NCBI GenBank assembly: GCA_009779135.1
Contig: WREW01000001.1
Coordinates: forward strand, 784-64,783
Reading direction: 5' to 3'
DNA length: 64,000 nucleotides
Origin: Alphaproteobacteria bacterium
GTDB taxonomy: Bacteria; Pseudomonadota; Alphaproteobacteria; UBA9219
Positions 36,735 through 46,128 of the stretch are shown piece after piece. How positions within the stretch are numbered: position 1 is the first letter of the stretch; the number at the start of each line of letters is the position of its first letter. The translations under genes were made by a program, and so were the position numbers. The notes under the pieces were generated by a model. That model saw nothing but the letters and a program-made list of their open reading frames with translations, ran no database searches and was not told where the DNA came from.

Positions 36735-37433
36735 CTAAGCCATAAGATTCTGCCGCAGAAAACTTTCCGTCCGCCCGCGCGCCAGCAGCGCGACCTCAGC
36801 ATTATAGGTCGGGCCGGAGGTTTCCGCAAAACCATGCTCGACCCCTTCATAAATATAAAGAGAAATCTTTTCATGCCGCGAGAGCGCCCTCACCACACGC
36901 ACCCGCGCCGCATCTGATAAAAGCTGGTCATTTTGCGCCATATGGATAAGGTAGGGCATGCGGATATCCGGCGCTTCATCAAGCCTTGCGTCAAGCCCCG
37001 CGCCGTCATAACCCACCACACAATCCACATCGCTGCGCGCGGCCATCAAAAAAGCAAGAGAGCTGCCCAGACCATAACCCAAAACGCCGATTTTCCCGCC
37101 GCATTCAGGACGCCTGCGCGCATAGGCCGCAGCAGCCAAAAGATCACGCGCCGCCGCCTGCCCGTCAAAGTTTCTATAAAATTGCTCAAGCTGCTGCCAG
37201 TCAAGAGCGCCGTCTTTATAAGGAATCTCAATTTTATTTTTCCCGCGATAAAGATCCGGACAAAGAACCAAATATCCCATATTGGCAAGATGCGTCAGAA
37301 TCCGCGTGACTTCTGTCTCATTGGAAAAAAGTCCGCGCGCAAGCAGCATCGCAGGCCCCATATCGCCATGAGGCAAAGCGACAAGGGATTCAAAAGAAGA
37401 CCCCCCCAGACCTTCAATCATGATTTTTTCCAT
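36735..37433 (-). CDS. Dienelactone hydrolase family protein, nucleophile Cys apparently lost
   Basis: GYLVLCPDLY, GKIGVLGYGLGS, YEGVEHGF. Confidence 0.8.
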   Translation of the reverse strand: MEKIMIEGLGGSSFESLVALPHGDMGPAMLLARGLFSNETEVTRILTHLANMGYLVLCPDLYRGKNKIEIPYKDGALDWQQLEQFYRNFDGQAAARDLLAAAAYARRRPECGGKIGVLGYGLGSSLAFLMAARSDVDCVVGYDGAGLDARLDEAPDIRMPYLIHMAQNDQLLSDAARVRVVRALSRHEKISLYIYEGVEHGFAETSGPTYNAEVALLARGRTESFLRQNLMA

Positions 37434-37540
37434 GCGCCTGAAATTAACGATTTAGTGCCTGTTTAGCAAGGTTGAAGTTTTCGCATAGTTTTTTTATAGT
37501 CAGCCGCAGACAAACCCGAAAAGGAAAGGAACCGCTTCTT

Positions 37541-37831
37541 ATGAAAGTCACCGTTAATGTTGATTGCACGCCAGAGGAAGCGCGTACATTTTTGGGTTTG
37601 CCGGATGTGCAGCCGATGCAACAAGCCGTTATGGAAGAGCTTGAGCGGCAAATGCTCGCCAATGTCAAAGCCATGACACCTGAATCCATGATGCAAACTT
37701 GGCTCCCCGCCGGCATACAGGGCGCCGAAAACATCCAAAAAATGTTTTTCAATCAAGTCCAAAAAATGATGGCGGGCGTCGTTGACACAACAAATGTCAT
37801 GCTCAGCCAAAGCAGCAAAAAAGCCTCTTAA
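37541..37831 (+). CDS. Conserved alphaproteobacterial small protein (DUF6489-like)
   Basis: MKVTVNVDCTPEEARTFLGLPDVQPMQ; AAGGA RBS. Confidence 0.8.
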   Translation: MKVTVNVDCTPEEARTFLGLPDVQPMQQAVMEELERQMLANVKAMTPESMMQTWLPAGIQGAENIQKMFFNQVQKMMAGVVDTTNVMLSQSSKKAS

Positions 37832-37840
37832 ATCCTCTAG

Positions 37841-37875
37841 CCCTCCCCCCTTGCGGGGGAGGGTTGGGTGGGGGG
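37841..37875 (+). repeat. REP-like CCCTCCCCC/GGGGGAGGG hairpin with G-rich tail
   Basis: CCCTCCCCC-CTTGC-GGGGGAGGG-TTGGGTGGGGGG; single copy seen in this window. Confidence 0.55.
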
Positions 37876-37885
37876 TCTAAACAAA

Positions 37886-39220
37886 ATGCCCATTCAAGAC
37901 GACAAAACCATCTACACCCTAGCCTCCGCCGCAGGCCGCGCGGGCGTAGCCGTCGTCCGCCTCTCCGGCCCATCCTGCGCGCAAGCCTGTGAAGCCCTGA
38001 CGGGCGCCCCCCCGCCCCCACCACGTCAAGCCGTCCTGAAAACCCTGCGCGATCCGCATACAAAAGAACATCTCGATCACGCCCTTGTCCTTTTTTTTGA
38101 AGCCCCCCACAGCTTCACAGGCGAAGATGTTCTGGAGCTCCACATCCATGGCAGCCGCGCGGTTTTACAGGCCTTGTTTGAAAGCCTTGCGCAAAATCCG
38201 TCCTTGCGTCCCGCGCAAGCGGGCGAGTTTGCCCGCCGTGCCTTTGAAAACGACAAAATGGATCTGACGCAGGCCGAAGGCCTTGCCGATCTGATTGACG
38301 CCGAAACCGCCGCGCAAAGACGCCAAGCCCTGCGCCAGATGGAAGGCGATCTGGGCGCCCTCTATAAAAACTGGGCCGCAGATTTAACGCAGCTTTTGGC
38401 CATGAGCGAAGCCGCGCTGGATTTTGCCGATGAAGATATTCCGCAAGACCTCACAAAAGGACACAACAAAACCATTTCGGTACTGATTGAGGCGATCACG
38501 CAGCATCTTTGCGACAATCATCGTGGCGAAAGACTGCGCCACGGCTTTGTCGTCGCCCTTTTGGGCGCGCCCAATGTGGGAAAATCAAGCCTGCTGAATG
38601 CCCTTGTCAAACGAAACGCCGCCATTGTCTCCCCCATCCCGGGCACCACGCGCGATATTATTGAAGTGAGCCTTGATCTCGGCGGCTACCCCGTCACGCT
38701 GGCCGATACGGCAGGCCTGCGCGAAACAGCAGATCAGATCGAACATGAAGGCGTCCGCCGCGCCCTTGAACGCGCAACGCACGCAGATCTTAAACTTGTT
38801 ATTATGGACGCAAGCCAAAGCGCAAAGCCCGATCCGACCATAAGCGCGCTGCTTGATAAAGACGCGCTTCTTGTCGTCAACAAAATCGATCTTGTAAAAA
38901 ATCAAAGCGCCTTTCCGCAAAACGCTCTTTTAATCGCCGCAAAAACCGGCGAGGGTCTTGAGCATTTAACGCAAACCATCATCAATAAAATCGAAACCGC
39001 CTACGCGCCAACCCAAAACCCAACCCTCACCCGCGCGCGCCACCGCTACGCGCTTGAAAAAACGCTCGCATATTTAAAAGCCGCACAAACCGCAACGCAG
39101 GACGAACTCACCGCCGAAGAACTGCGCCTTGCTTTGCGCAGCCTCAGCCAAATCACCGGCCATGTAGATGTCGAAGATCTTTTGGATATTATATTTGGTT
39201 CGTTTTGTATTGGGAAATAG
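37886..39220 (+). CDS. mnmE: tRNA modification GTPase MnmE
   Basis: SFTGEDVLE, GEFARRAF, GAPNVGKSS, GTTRD, DTAG, NKID, FCIGK. Confidence 0.98.
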   Translation: MPIQDDKTIYTLASAAGRAGVAVVRLSGPSCAQACEALTGAPPPPPRQAVLKTLRDPHTKEHLDHALVLFFEAPHSFTGEDVLELHIHGSRAVLQALFESLAQNPSLRPAQAGEFARRAFENDKMDLTQAEGLADLIDAETAAQRRQALRQMEGDLGALYKNWAADLTQLLAMSEAALDFADEDIPQDLTKGHNKTISVLIEAITQHLCDNHRGERLRHGFVVALLGAPNVGKSSLLNALVKRNAAIVSPIPGTTRDIIEVSLDLGGYPVTLADTAGLRETADQIEHEGVRRALERATHADLKLVIMDASQSAKPDPTISALLDKDALLVVNKIDLVKNQSAFPQNALLIAAKTGEGLEHLTQTIINKIETAYAPTQNPTLTRARHRYALEKTLAYLKAAQTATQDELTAEELRLALRSLSQITGHVDVEDLLDIIFGSFCIGK

Positions 39221-39644
39221 AGCTGTCCGACCTAGGCTTGCTTGGCTTCGGCTTTTTTTTGCAAATCTCAGAGAATTGCTTAGACAACCAATATACCAGA
39301 AAGGGATGATGATTTTTATCAGCTATAACAGAAGGATTACACGCAGCGATACGATTAAGATTTTGGAATACGACAGATTTAAAACTATCGACAGCGACGG
39401 ATGGTTCAGATTTATAAGACTTGGTCACGCACCACACCATTTCGCTAACCAAACTGGACGTAATAAGATTTTTTGTGTCCTCAGTTCTTTCATCAAGAAG
39501 CTTGCCCAACAGCAAAGCCGCATTCCAGTGCTTGAACATATCGCCTGACGCGGCAGTCTGCTCAATCTGCTCCATAAGCAAAGGCGTAATAACAACATCT
39601 TTCACCGAAGGCTGAAACAATGTAGGGCTAGACGGTCTGCTCAT
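39189..39644 (-). CDS. Hypothetical 151-aa protein between mnmE and mnmG
   Basis: ATG with GAAAGGA RBS, lower GC than neighbours, 3' end overlaps mnmE; no motif recognised. Confidence 0.55.
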   Translation of the reverse strand: MSRPSSPTLFQPSVKDVVITPLLMEQIEQTAASGDMFKHWNAALLLGKLLDERTEDTKNLITSSLVSEMVWCVTKSYKSEPSVAVDSFKSVVFQNLNRIAACNPSVIADKNHHPFLVYWLSKQFSEICKKKPKPSKPRSDSSISQYKTNQI

Positions 39645-39717
39645 ATGAGATCCTTTCTATATAGAAACGATCTCTTGCTAACATAAAAAAATCGAAAGTA
39701 AAACCCCCTCCCTCAAT

Positions 39718-39818
39718 TGTCATTGCGAGGAAAGCCGGCGAAGCCGGCTTGACGCGGCAATCTCTACAACATCGCCGAGATTGCCACGTCAGGCCTAAAG
39801 GCCCTCCTCGCAATGACA
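39718..39818. repeat. Palindromic repeat family A, full copy
   Basis: Same termini and inner stem as 7555-7658. Confidence 0.9.
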
Positions 39819-39866
39819 GACCCCCCATTATTGCTTTCCCCCCACGCCTAGCGTATAGAACCCAAC

Positions 39867-41732
39867 ATGACCAACCCCTATGACATTATCGTAATTGGCG
39901 GCGGCCATGCCGGTGCCGAGGCCGCCGCGGCCGCCGCGCGTATGGGCGCGCAGACCCTGCTGGCCACGCACCGGATCGACACGCTGGGCGAAATGTCATG
40001 CAACCCCGCCATCGGCGGACTCGGTAAAGGCCAGATGGTGCGGGAGATTGACGCGCTGGATGGCCTCATGGGTCGCGTAGCGGACGCCGCAGGCATCCAG
40101 TTTCGAATCCTGAACCGTAGCAAAGGCGCAGCTGTCCGCGGCCCGCGCTGTCAAGCCGACCGCGCCCTTTACCGCGCGGCGATGAAAGAAGCCCTTTTCG
40201 CGCAGGAAAACCTCACCATCATGGCCATGAGCGTTGAAGACCTCACCAAAGACCAAAACGGCCTTTTCACCATAACAAACGCCCAAGGGCAGACCTATCA
40301 AGCCCGTGCGGTCATCGTCACAGTCGGCACCTTCCTAAACGGGCTAATGCACACAGGCGAAGAAAAAACCATCGGGGGCCGCGTGGGTGAGCCGCCCTCT
40401 ATCGGCCTAGCCACAGCCCTGCGCCGTCTGGGCTTTGAGCTAGGCCGCCTGAAAACAGGCACCCCCGCGCGGCTTGATGGGCGCACGATTGATTGGGATT
40501 CCCTCGAAAAACAAGAAGGCGACAACCCGCCGGAGCCTTTTTCCACCCTCACCAATTCCATCACCAACCCGCAAATTACCTGCGCCATCACCCACACCAC
40601 AGCGGCAATGCATGAGCTGATGCGCGCCAACTTCCATCGCGCCCCCCTTTATTCCGGCCAAATCGCCGGCATAGGCCCGCGCTATTGCCCTTCCATCGAG
40701 GACAAAATCGTCCGTTTCGCCTCCCGCGACTCCCATCAGGTCTTTTTAGAGCCGGAAGGGCTGGACGATCCCACAGTCTATCCCAATGGAATCTCGACCT
40801 CTTTGCCCAAAGACGTCCAAAGCGCCATGATTCCCATGATGAAGGGCCTCGAAAAGGTGAAAATCCTGCGCTTCGGCTACGCCGTTGAGTACGACTATTG
40901 CGATCCGCGCGGTCTAAGGGCCACGCTTGAGACCAAACTTGTCCCAAACCTTTACTTTGCCGGCCAGATCAACGCCACCACAGGCTATGAAGAGGCCGCA
41001 GCTCAGGGCCTGATGGCGGGCCTGAACGCCGCTTTGGCCCTTTCAGGCCGTCCCCCGCTGGTTTTGGGCCGTGATGAGGCCCTTATAGGGGTCATGATTG
41101 ACGACCTCATCACCAAAGGCACCAACGAACCCTACCGCATGTTCACCTCCCGCGCCGAATATCGCCTGTCTCTGCGCGCCGACAATGCAGACCAGCGCCT
41201 AACCCCCCAAGGCCTGATCCTCGGCTGCGTAGGCCTGCCCCGCCGCGCCGCGTTCGAGGCCAAAATAAAGCGCCTTCAAGAAGGCCGCGCCATGCTCCAA
41301 AACCTATCCGCCACCCCGCAGGAACTGCGCACAGCAGGCTTTCAAATCAACCAAGACGGCGCAAGACGCACGGCAGCGCAGCTTTTAGCCTACACGGCCA
41401 TCTCTTTTGACGATCTGACGGGCCTCTGGCCGCAAATCAGCGCCCTTGACCCCCAAACCAAAGCCCAATTAGCCATAGAATGCACCTATGCGGGCTATAT
41501 GCAGCGTCAGGAGGCCGATATAAGGGCCTATCGCCGCGATGAGAACCTTATCCTGCCCCTCAACCTCGATTATGACTCCATAGGAAGCCTTTCAAACGAG
41601 ATCCGCCAGAAACTCAAGCAAGTCCGCCCAGAAACCCTCGGCGCAGCGGGCCGAATCTCAGGCGTAACCCCCGCCGCCCTTATTGCCCTTTTACGGTATG
41701 CCCGCCGTCACCCCGTAAGTGGTGCCGTATGA
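39867..41732 (+). CDS. mnmG: tRNA uridine-5-carboxymethylaminomethyl synthesis enzyme MnmG (GidA)
   Basis: [44 protein letters not shown]. Confidence 0.98.
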   Translation: MTNPYDIIVIGGGHAGAEAAAAAARMGAQTLLATHRIDTLGEMSCNPAIGGLGKGQMVREIDALDGLMGRVADAAGIQFRILNRSKGAAVRGPRCQADRALYRAAMKEALFAQENLTIMAMSVEDLTKDQNGLFTITNAQGQTYQARAVIVTVGTFLNGLMHTGEEKTIGGRVGEPPSIGLATALRRLGFELGRLKTGTPARLDGRTIDWDSLEKQEGDNPPEPFSTLTNSITNPQITCAITHTTAAMHELMRANFHRAPLYSGQIAGIGPRYCPSIEDKIVRFASRDSHQVFLEPEGLDDPTVYPNGISTSLPKDVQSAMIPMMKGLEKVKILRFGYAVEYDYCDPRGLRATLETKLVPNLYFAGQINATTGYEEAAAQGLMAGLNAALALSGRPPLVLGRDEALIGVMIDDLITKGTNEPYRMFTSRAEYRLSLRADNADQRLTPQGLILGCVGLPRRAAFEAKIKRLQEGRAMLQNLSATPQELRTAGFQINQDGARRTAAQLLAYTAISFDDLTGLWPQISALDPQTKAQLAIECTYAGYMQRQEADIRAYRRDENLILPLNLDYDSIGSLSNEIRQKLKQVRPETLGAAGRISGVTPAALIALLRYARRHPVSGAV

Positions 41733-42373
41733 AGGATTTTTTGGCCCGCGCGGGGATTTACCCCCAGACTTATCCACATGAACCGCTAGAAAGGCTCAAA
41801 GCCTACGAATCCCTGCTTAAAGACTGGTCTGCAAAGATAAATCTGGTTTCCGCCAACAGCTTGCCGGAGCTTTGGACACGCCATTTCCTCGATTCGGCGC
41901 AACTTTTTCCACTTTTGCCTGAAAACACGAAAAGTCTCATAGATATGGGCAGCGGCGCGGGCTTCCCCGGGATGATTTTGGCCATTTTGGGCGTCCCCCA
42001 AGTCCATTTGATCGAAAGCATCGGCAAAAAGGCCCGTTTTCTCGAGGTCGTGGCCCAAACCTTGGATCTTCCCGTCAAGATCCACCATGCGCGAATCGAA
42101 TCCCTTAAAGGCCTGAAAGCCGACGTCATCACCGCCCGCGCCCTTAAACCGCTGCCCGAGCTTTTATCTCTGGCCCATCCTTTGATGAAAAAAAACAGCC
42201 AAGCCCTCTTTTTAAAGGGAAGGCAAGTCCCTGCGGAATTGACAGAGGCCCGCAAATATTGGACATTCGTTTGCAATGAGATTCCAAGCCGCAGCGATTC
42301 CTCCGGCCATATTCTCAAAATCAGCGATTTAAGGGCTACCCCAAGGCATGACTCAAGAAAACGCCGCTTTTAA
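41729..42373 (+). CDS. rsmG: 16S rRNA m7G527 methyltransferase (GidB)
   Basis: [27 protein letters not shown]. Confidence 0.95.
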   Translation: MKDFLARAGIYPQTYPHEPLERLKAYESLLKDWSAKINLVSANSLPELWTRHFLDSAQLFPLLPENTKSLIDMGSGAGFPGMILAILGVPQVHLIESIGKKARFLEVVAQTLDLPVKIHHARIESLKGLKADVITARALKPLPELLSLAHPLMKKNSQALFLKGRQVPAELTEARKYWTFVCNEIPSRSDSSGHILKISDLRATPRHDSRKRRF

Positions 42374-43175
42374 CCGCCATCCTTCCTGCCGCGTGATTGC
42401 GATTGTCAATCAAAAGGGCGGCGTAGGCAAAACCACCACCGCCGTCAATCTGGCCACCGCTCTGGCCGCCGTGGGAAAAAGAGTTTTGATCGTTGATGCC
42501 GACCCGCAAGGCAACGCCTCAACCGGCTTTGGTTTTTCCCGCGCCGCGCGCGGCGCAGGCAGCTATGAGCTGATGTTTGACGAGCTGTCCGTCGAGGATG
42601 TCGCAAACCCAACCATGATCCCCAATCTGTCGATTATAACAGCCTCGGCCGATCTGGCGGGCGCTGAAATCCAGCTGGTGACGGTCGAGCGGCGAGAATC
42701 GAGGATGAAAGAAGCGCTTGATCGCAGCTCCAAAAACTATGATTACATTTTGATTGACTGTCCCCCTTCCCTCAATCTGATGACGCTGAACGCGCTTGTG
42801 GCCGCCGATGCGCTTTTGGTGCCGCTGCAGGTTGAGTTTTACGCGCTTGAAGGCATGAGCTCCCTTCTTCAAACCATTGACGCTGTCCAGACGCGCTTTA
42901 ACCCGTCTCTTGAGATCCAAGGCGTGATCCTGACCATGTTTGACCGCCGCAACGCGCTTTCCGAGGCGGTGGCCAAAGATGTCCGCGCCTTTTTCGGCAC
43001 GCAGGTTTATGAAACCGTGATTCCCCGCAATGTCCGCGTTTCCGAAGCGCCCTCGCACGGCAAGCCGGTGTTGCTTTATGATTTGAAATGCGCGGGCGCG
43101 GATGCCTATATGCATCTGGCCAGCGAGTTTCTGCGGCGGGAAAATGACCGACCCCACAAAGAACAAGCCGCCTGA
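42348..43175 (+). CDS. parA: Chromosome partitioning ATPase ParA
   Basis: NQKGGVGKTT, DPQGNAS, IDCPPSL, IPRNVRVSEAPSHG. Confidence 0.97.
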   Translation: MTQENAAFNRHPSCRVIAIVNQKGGVGKTTTAVNLATALAAVGKRVLIVDADPQGNASTGFGFSRAARGAGSYELMFDELSVEDVANPTMIPNLSIITASADLAGAEIQLVTVERRESRMKEALDRSSKNYDYILIDCPPSLNLMTLNALVAADALLVPLQVEFYALEGMSSLLQTIDAVQTRFNPSLEIQGVILTMFDRRNALSEAVAKDVRAFFGTQVYETVIPRNVRVSEAPSHGKPVLLYDLKCAGADAYMHLASEFLRRENDRPHKEQAA

Positions 43176-43190
43176 CAAAAGGAGCCCTTT

Positions 43191-44093
43191 ATGACTGCCA
43201 ATTCTCAAACCAAACCGGCCCCTTTGGGCCGAGGCCTTTCCGCTCTTTTCGGCGATGCGGATGCTTCTTACAAGCCGCGCACGATAGCAGACGTGCCGCC
43301 GGCAACAGATCAAGGCGTCAGAAAAATGCCAACCACATGGCTTATGCCCGGCGCGTTTCAGCCCAGAAGGCATTTTGATGAGGAATCCCTCAATGAACTC
43401 GCCTCCTCCATCCGCGAGCGCGGCATTTTTCAGCCGCTTATTGTAAGGCCTCTGCCGGACGCCAAGGATTCGTTTGAAATTGTCTGCGGTGAACGCCGCT
43501 GGCGCGCCGCGCAGCTTGCGGAGCTGCATGATGTCCCCGTGATCGTCCGCACGCTAAGTGATATTGAGGCAATGGAAGTCGGCCTCGTTGAAAATATCCA
43601 ACGCCAAGATCTAAGCCCCATTGAAGAAGCCGAGGGCTATCATCGTTTGTCGGAAGAGTTCAACTACACACTGGCCGAGCTTTCCCGCATTGTCGGCAAA
43701 AGTGCCCCGCATATCGGCAACACGATCCGCCTGCTCAAACTGCCCGAGGCCGTAAAGCAGATGGTCAATGAAGGCCAGCTCAGCATGGGCCACGCCCGCT
43801 GCCTGATCGTCACCAAAAATCCCGAGCAGCTGGCCCGCGAAATCATCAAGCGCGGCATGACCGTCCGTCAGGCCGAAGAATATGCGAATAAGGAGTCCGG
43901 CGTCCAAACCTCAACAAAAACCAACCGCCTTGCTAAGGTTCTCGACCCCAACATCATCGCCCTTGAAAACGAACTCAGCCGCCAACTCGGCCTAAAAACC
44001 CGCATCAACGCCCGAGGCGGTGTCGGGACAATCACCGTCCATTTCACAGATCTGGATCAGTTGGATACGGTGATCCAGAAATTGCGCGGGTGA
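43191..44093 (+). CDS. parB: Chromosome partitioning protein ParB
   Basis: LGRGLSAL, QPRRHF, GERRWRA, ENIQRQDL, GHAR. Confidence 0.97.
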   Translation: MTANSQTKPAPLGRGLSALFGDADASYKPRTIADVPPATDQGVRKMPTTWLMPGAFQPRRHFDEESLNELASSIRERGIFQPLIVRPLPDAKDSFEIVCGERRWRAAQLAELHDVPVIVRTLSDIEAMEVGLVENIQRQDLSPIEEAEGYHRLSEEFNYTLAELSRIVGKSAPHIGNTIRLLKLPEAVKQMVNEGQLSMGHARCLIVTKNPEQLAREIIKRGMTVRQAEEYANKESGVQTSTKTNRLAKVLDPNIIALENELSRQLGLKTRINARGGVGTITVHFTDLDQLDTVIQKLRG

Positions 44094-44096
44094 TAC

Positions 44097-44464
44097 ATGA
44101 GAGGGGACAAGATTTATAAATTGATCCAAAATATTTCAACAAATATGAGCTTTAATAATCCTGGCGGTGGAACATCCATTATTACGAGCATAACCAATGA
44201 TAAGATCAGCTATATTCGCGGAAAATCCCGCTTCGCCCTGCCAATACAAGAGCTTGTAAGTGTATATACAATGGCAAAACATGTTCGTCATCTGATTTGA
44301 AAAAATACAATGCAAAAATATTTGATTCCAAGGAAAAAGGACATAGTTGTAATTGCACATTTTTGTTTTGTATAGCGAAGTATTTAGGATTGATAAACGG
44401 AGATATATCAGGGAAAGGTGTTAGGGGCTCTCCATTTCATGTGACTTTTAAGCGTGTTGATTAA
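44097..44464 (+). pseudogene. AT-rich gene interrupted by one frameshift near 44262-44270
   Basis: Frame 1 reads MRGDK...NPGGGTS...ELVSVY. A second frame continues NGKTCSSSDLKKY...GHSCNCTFLF...GVRGSPFHVTFKRVD to TAA at 44462-44464, filling the gap up to holA. Confidence 0.6.
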
Positions 44465-45480
44465 CCCCGCGCAACCAACATCAGCACCACATGCGCGCAT
44501 AGGCTAACATCCGGTGCGCCGGTTTTTTTGACGTCCGCTTCGGCTTTGTAAAGCACCGCAAGGGCCGTGGTGAGTTTTTCCATAGTCCAGCGCTCAAGTT
44601 GGCGCGTCATGGGCGTGGTGTGTTTCCAGAAAACAGGCGGCGCGAGTTTTTTTAGCGCCATGCCCGCATCAAGCCCGCCATCCACAAAAGCGCGAGCTTG
44701 CTGCAAACGTAAAAAATGTCGCTGCAACGCGCGCAGAATGGAAACCGGCGCGGTCTGCTGTTCCAAAAGCGAGTCCAAAAGCCGCATAGCCCGCGCCTTC
44801 TGGCCCGAGGCTGTCATCATCGCCAAATCATCAAGCGCTGCGTCCGCCGTGTAGGCGATCACGGCCCGCACATCCTCAAGCGAGATTTCTTTTTGTCCCT
44901 GCGCATAAAGGATCAGCTTTTCAAGCTCCCGCTGCAAAGCCAAATGCCCTGCGGGCAGGCAGCTTTCAAGAAAGGCCACAACATCCTGCCTTGCGGAAAA
45001 TCCCGCTTCTTTCAGTCCCTGCGCAAGCTGACGCATCCGCGCTTGCGCATCTTCAAAATAACAAGGAATGGCGGCCACGACACTTTCCGCCCCTTCACAA
45101 AGCGCGCGCAATTTCGAGCGTTTATCAAGATCCCCGCCTTCGATCAAAACAACGCTGTCATTCTGTGGAGGCTCCTGCAAAAAAGAAGAAAGCGGCTGCG
45201 CCACAGCCTCCACAGCTTGGCGCACACGCACAAGCCGCGTTCCCCCTATCAGGGACAAGGAAGAAGCCTCATCAAAAAGCAAGCTCGGCTGCGCCGCAAT
45301 CTGTGCCCCCGTCAGCGAGGAAACAGAAAAAGGATCGTTCGGATCCGCCGCAAACTTCACGGCCAGTTTTTCCAAAGTGGCGCTGACAAGAGAGCTGTCA
45401 GGCCCATAAACAAGAACAACCCGCACAGTCTTAGGCGGGCTTTCAAGAAAACGAGCGATGTCACGCGCGGCAAGTTTCAT
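44461..45480 (-). CDS. holA: DNA polymerase III delta subunit
   Basis: LVYGPD, ELEKLILY, PPVFWK; leuS-lptE-holA order. Confidence 0.92.
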   Translation of the reverse strand: MKLAARDIARFLESPPKTVRVVLVYGPDSSLVSATLEKLAVKFAADPNDPFSVSSLTGAQIAAQPSLLFDEASSLSLIGGTRLVRVRQAVEAVAQPLSSFLQEPPQNDSVVLIEGGDLDKRSKLRALCEGAESVVAAIPCYFEDAQARMRQLAQGLKEAGFSARQDVVAFLESCLPAGHLALQRELEKLILYAQGQKEISLEDVRAVIAYTADAALDDLAMMTASGQKARAMRLLDSLLEQQTAPVSILRALQRHFLRLQQARAFVDGGLDAGMALKKLAPPVFWKHTTPMTRQLERWTMEKLTTALAVLYKAEADVKKTGAPDVSLCAHVVLMLVARG

Positions 45481-45496
45481 AAAGCACCCCCTCCCC

Positions 45497-45612
45497 TGTC
45501 ATCCTCGTGGCTTGTCTGCCGGTAGGCAGGCAAGAGCACGGGGATCTGACGGTGGAACGATGCTCTGGCGTCAGATCCCCGAGCGCTTGCTGCGCAAGCC
45601 TCGAGGATGACA
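45497..45612. repeat. Palindromic repeat family B (TGTCATCCTCG...CGAGGATGACA), 116 bp
   Basis: Terminal IR, inner GGGGATCTG/CAGATCCCC stem and two side hairpins; lies inside the lptE-holA operon spacer. Confidence 0.92.
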
Positions 45613-45639
45613 AGGAAGGCGGACGCGGCGCTCATCCCC

Positions 45640-46128
45640 CTAATCCTTCTGCGCATAATAAAGACTTAACGCCATCACAATGCGTTCTGCCACTTCGTTC
45701 AACACACGTTCAGTCGCATCACGCTGGCCCACGACAAGGCCATATTGCGCATCAATACGGCTATAGGCCGTGATGGCTTGCGCATTGCGCGACAAAAGAA
45801 CCTGCCCATTTTTATCTTTAAGCTTATAGGATGCCAAAGCGCGCATCTGGCTGCGTGAAGCCGTGGCGTCTTTTTGAATGGCAAGATCTGTTTCCTTGAT
45901 CTCAATCTTGACGGACAGAATGGCATCAGGCGCAGTGGGACGGCCTTCAAAATAAAGACTATCCATCAACTTGTTGCGCAAATATTGTCCGGCGCGGTCG
46001 GGAATATTGTCGATATAAATCTGATTAAGGGCCTTGGCCGTCAGCACGCCTTGGTCATGGCTTGCATAAATAGGCGAAAACCCGCACCCCGCAAGCATCA
46101 CAAGCAAGAGGATAGAGACTCTCCTCAT
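45640..46128 (-). CDS. lptE: LPS assembly lipoprotein LptE
   Basis: Lipobox LAGC followed by GFSPIY; located between leuS and holA. Confidence 0.88.
   Translation of the reverse strand: MRRVSILLLVMLAGCGFSPIYASHDQGVLTAKALNQIYIDNIPDRAGQYLRNKLMDSLYFEGRPTAPDAILSVKIEIKETDLAIQKDATASRSQMRALASYKLKDKNGQVLLSRNAQAITAYSRIDAQYGLVVGQRDATERVLNEVAERIVMALSLYYAQKD

Noticed and set aside
42519-43529. 336-aa antisense ORF over parA-parB, and similar long antisense ORFs over porin 1, holA and purA
   Set aside because: Antisense shadows expected in GC-rich coding DNA; no motifs recognised.
44432-44447. parS-like ATTTCATGTGACTT downstream of parB
   Set aside because: Too many mismatches to the consensus, and it lies within AT-rich coding-like sequence.
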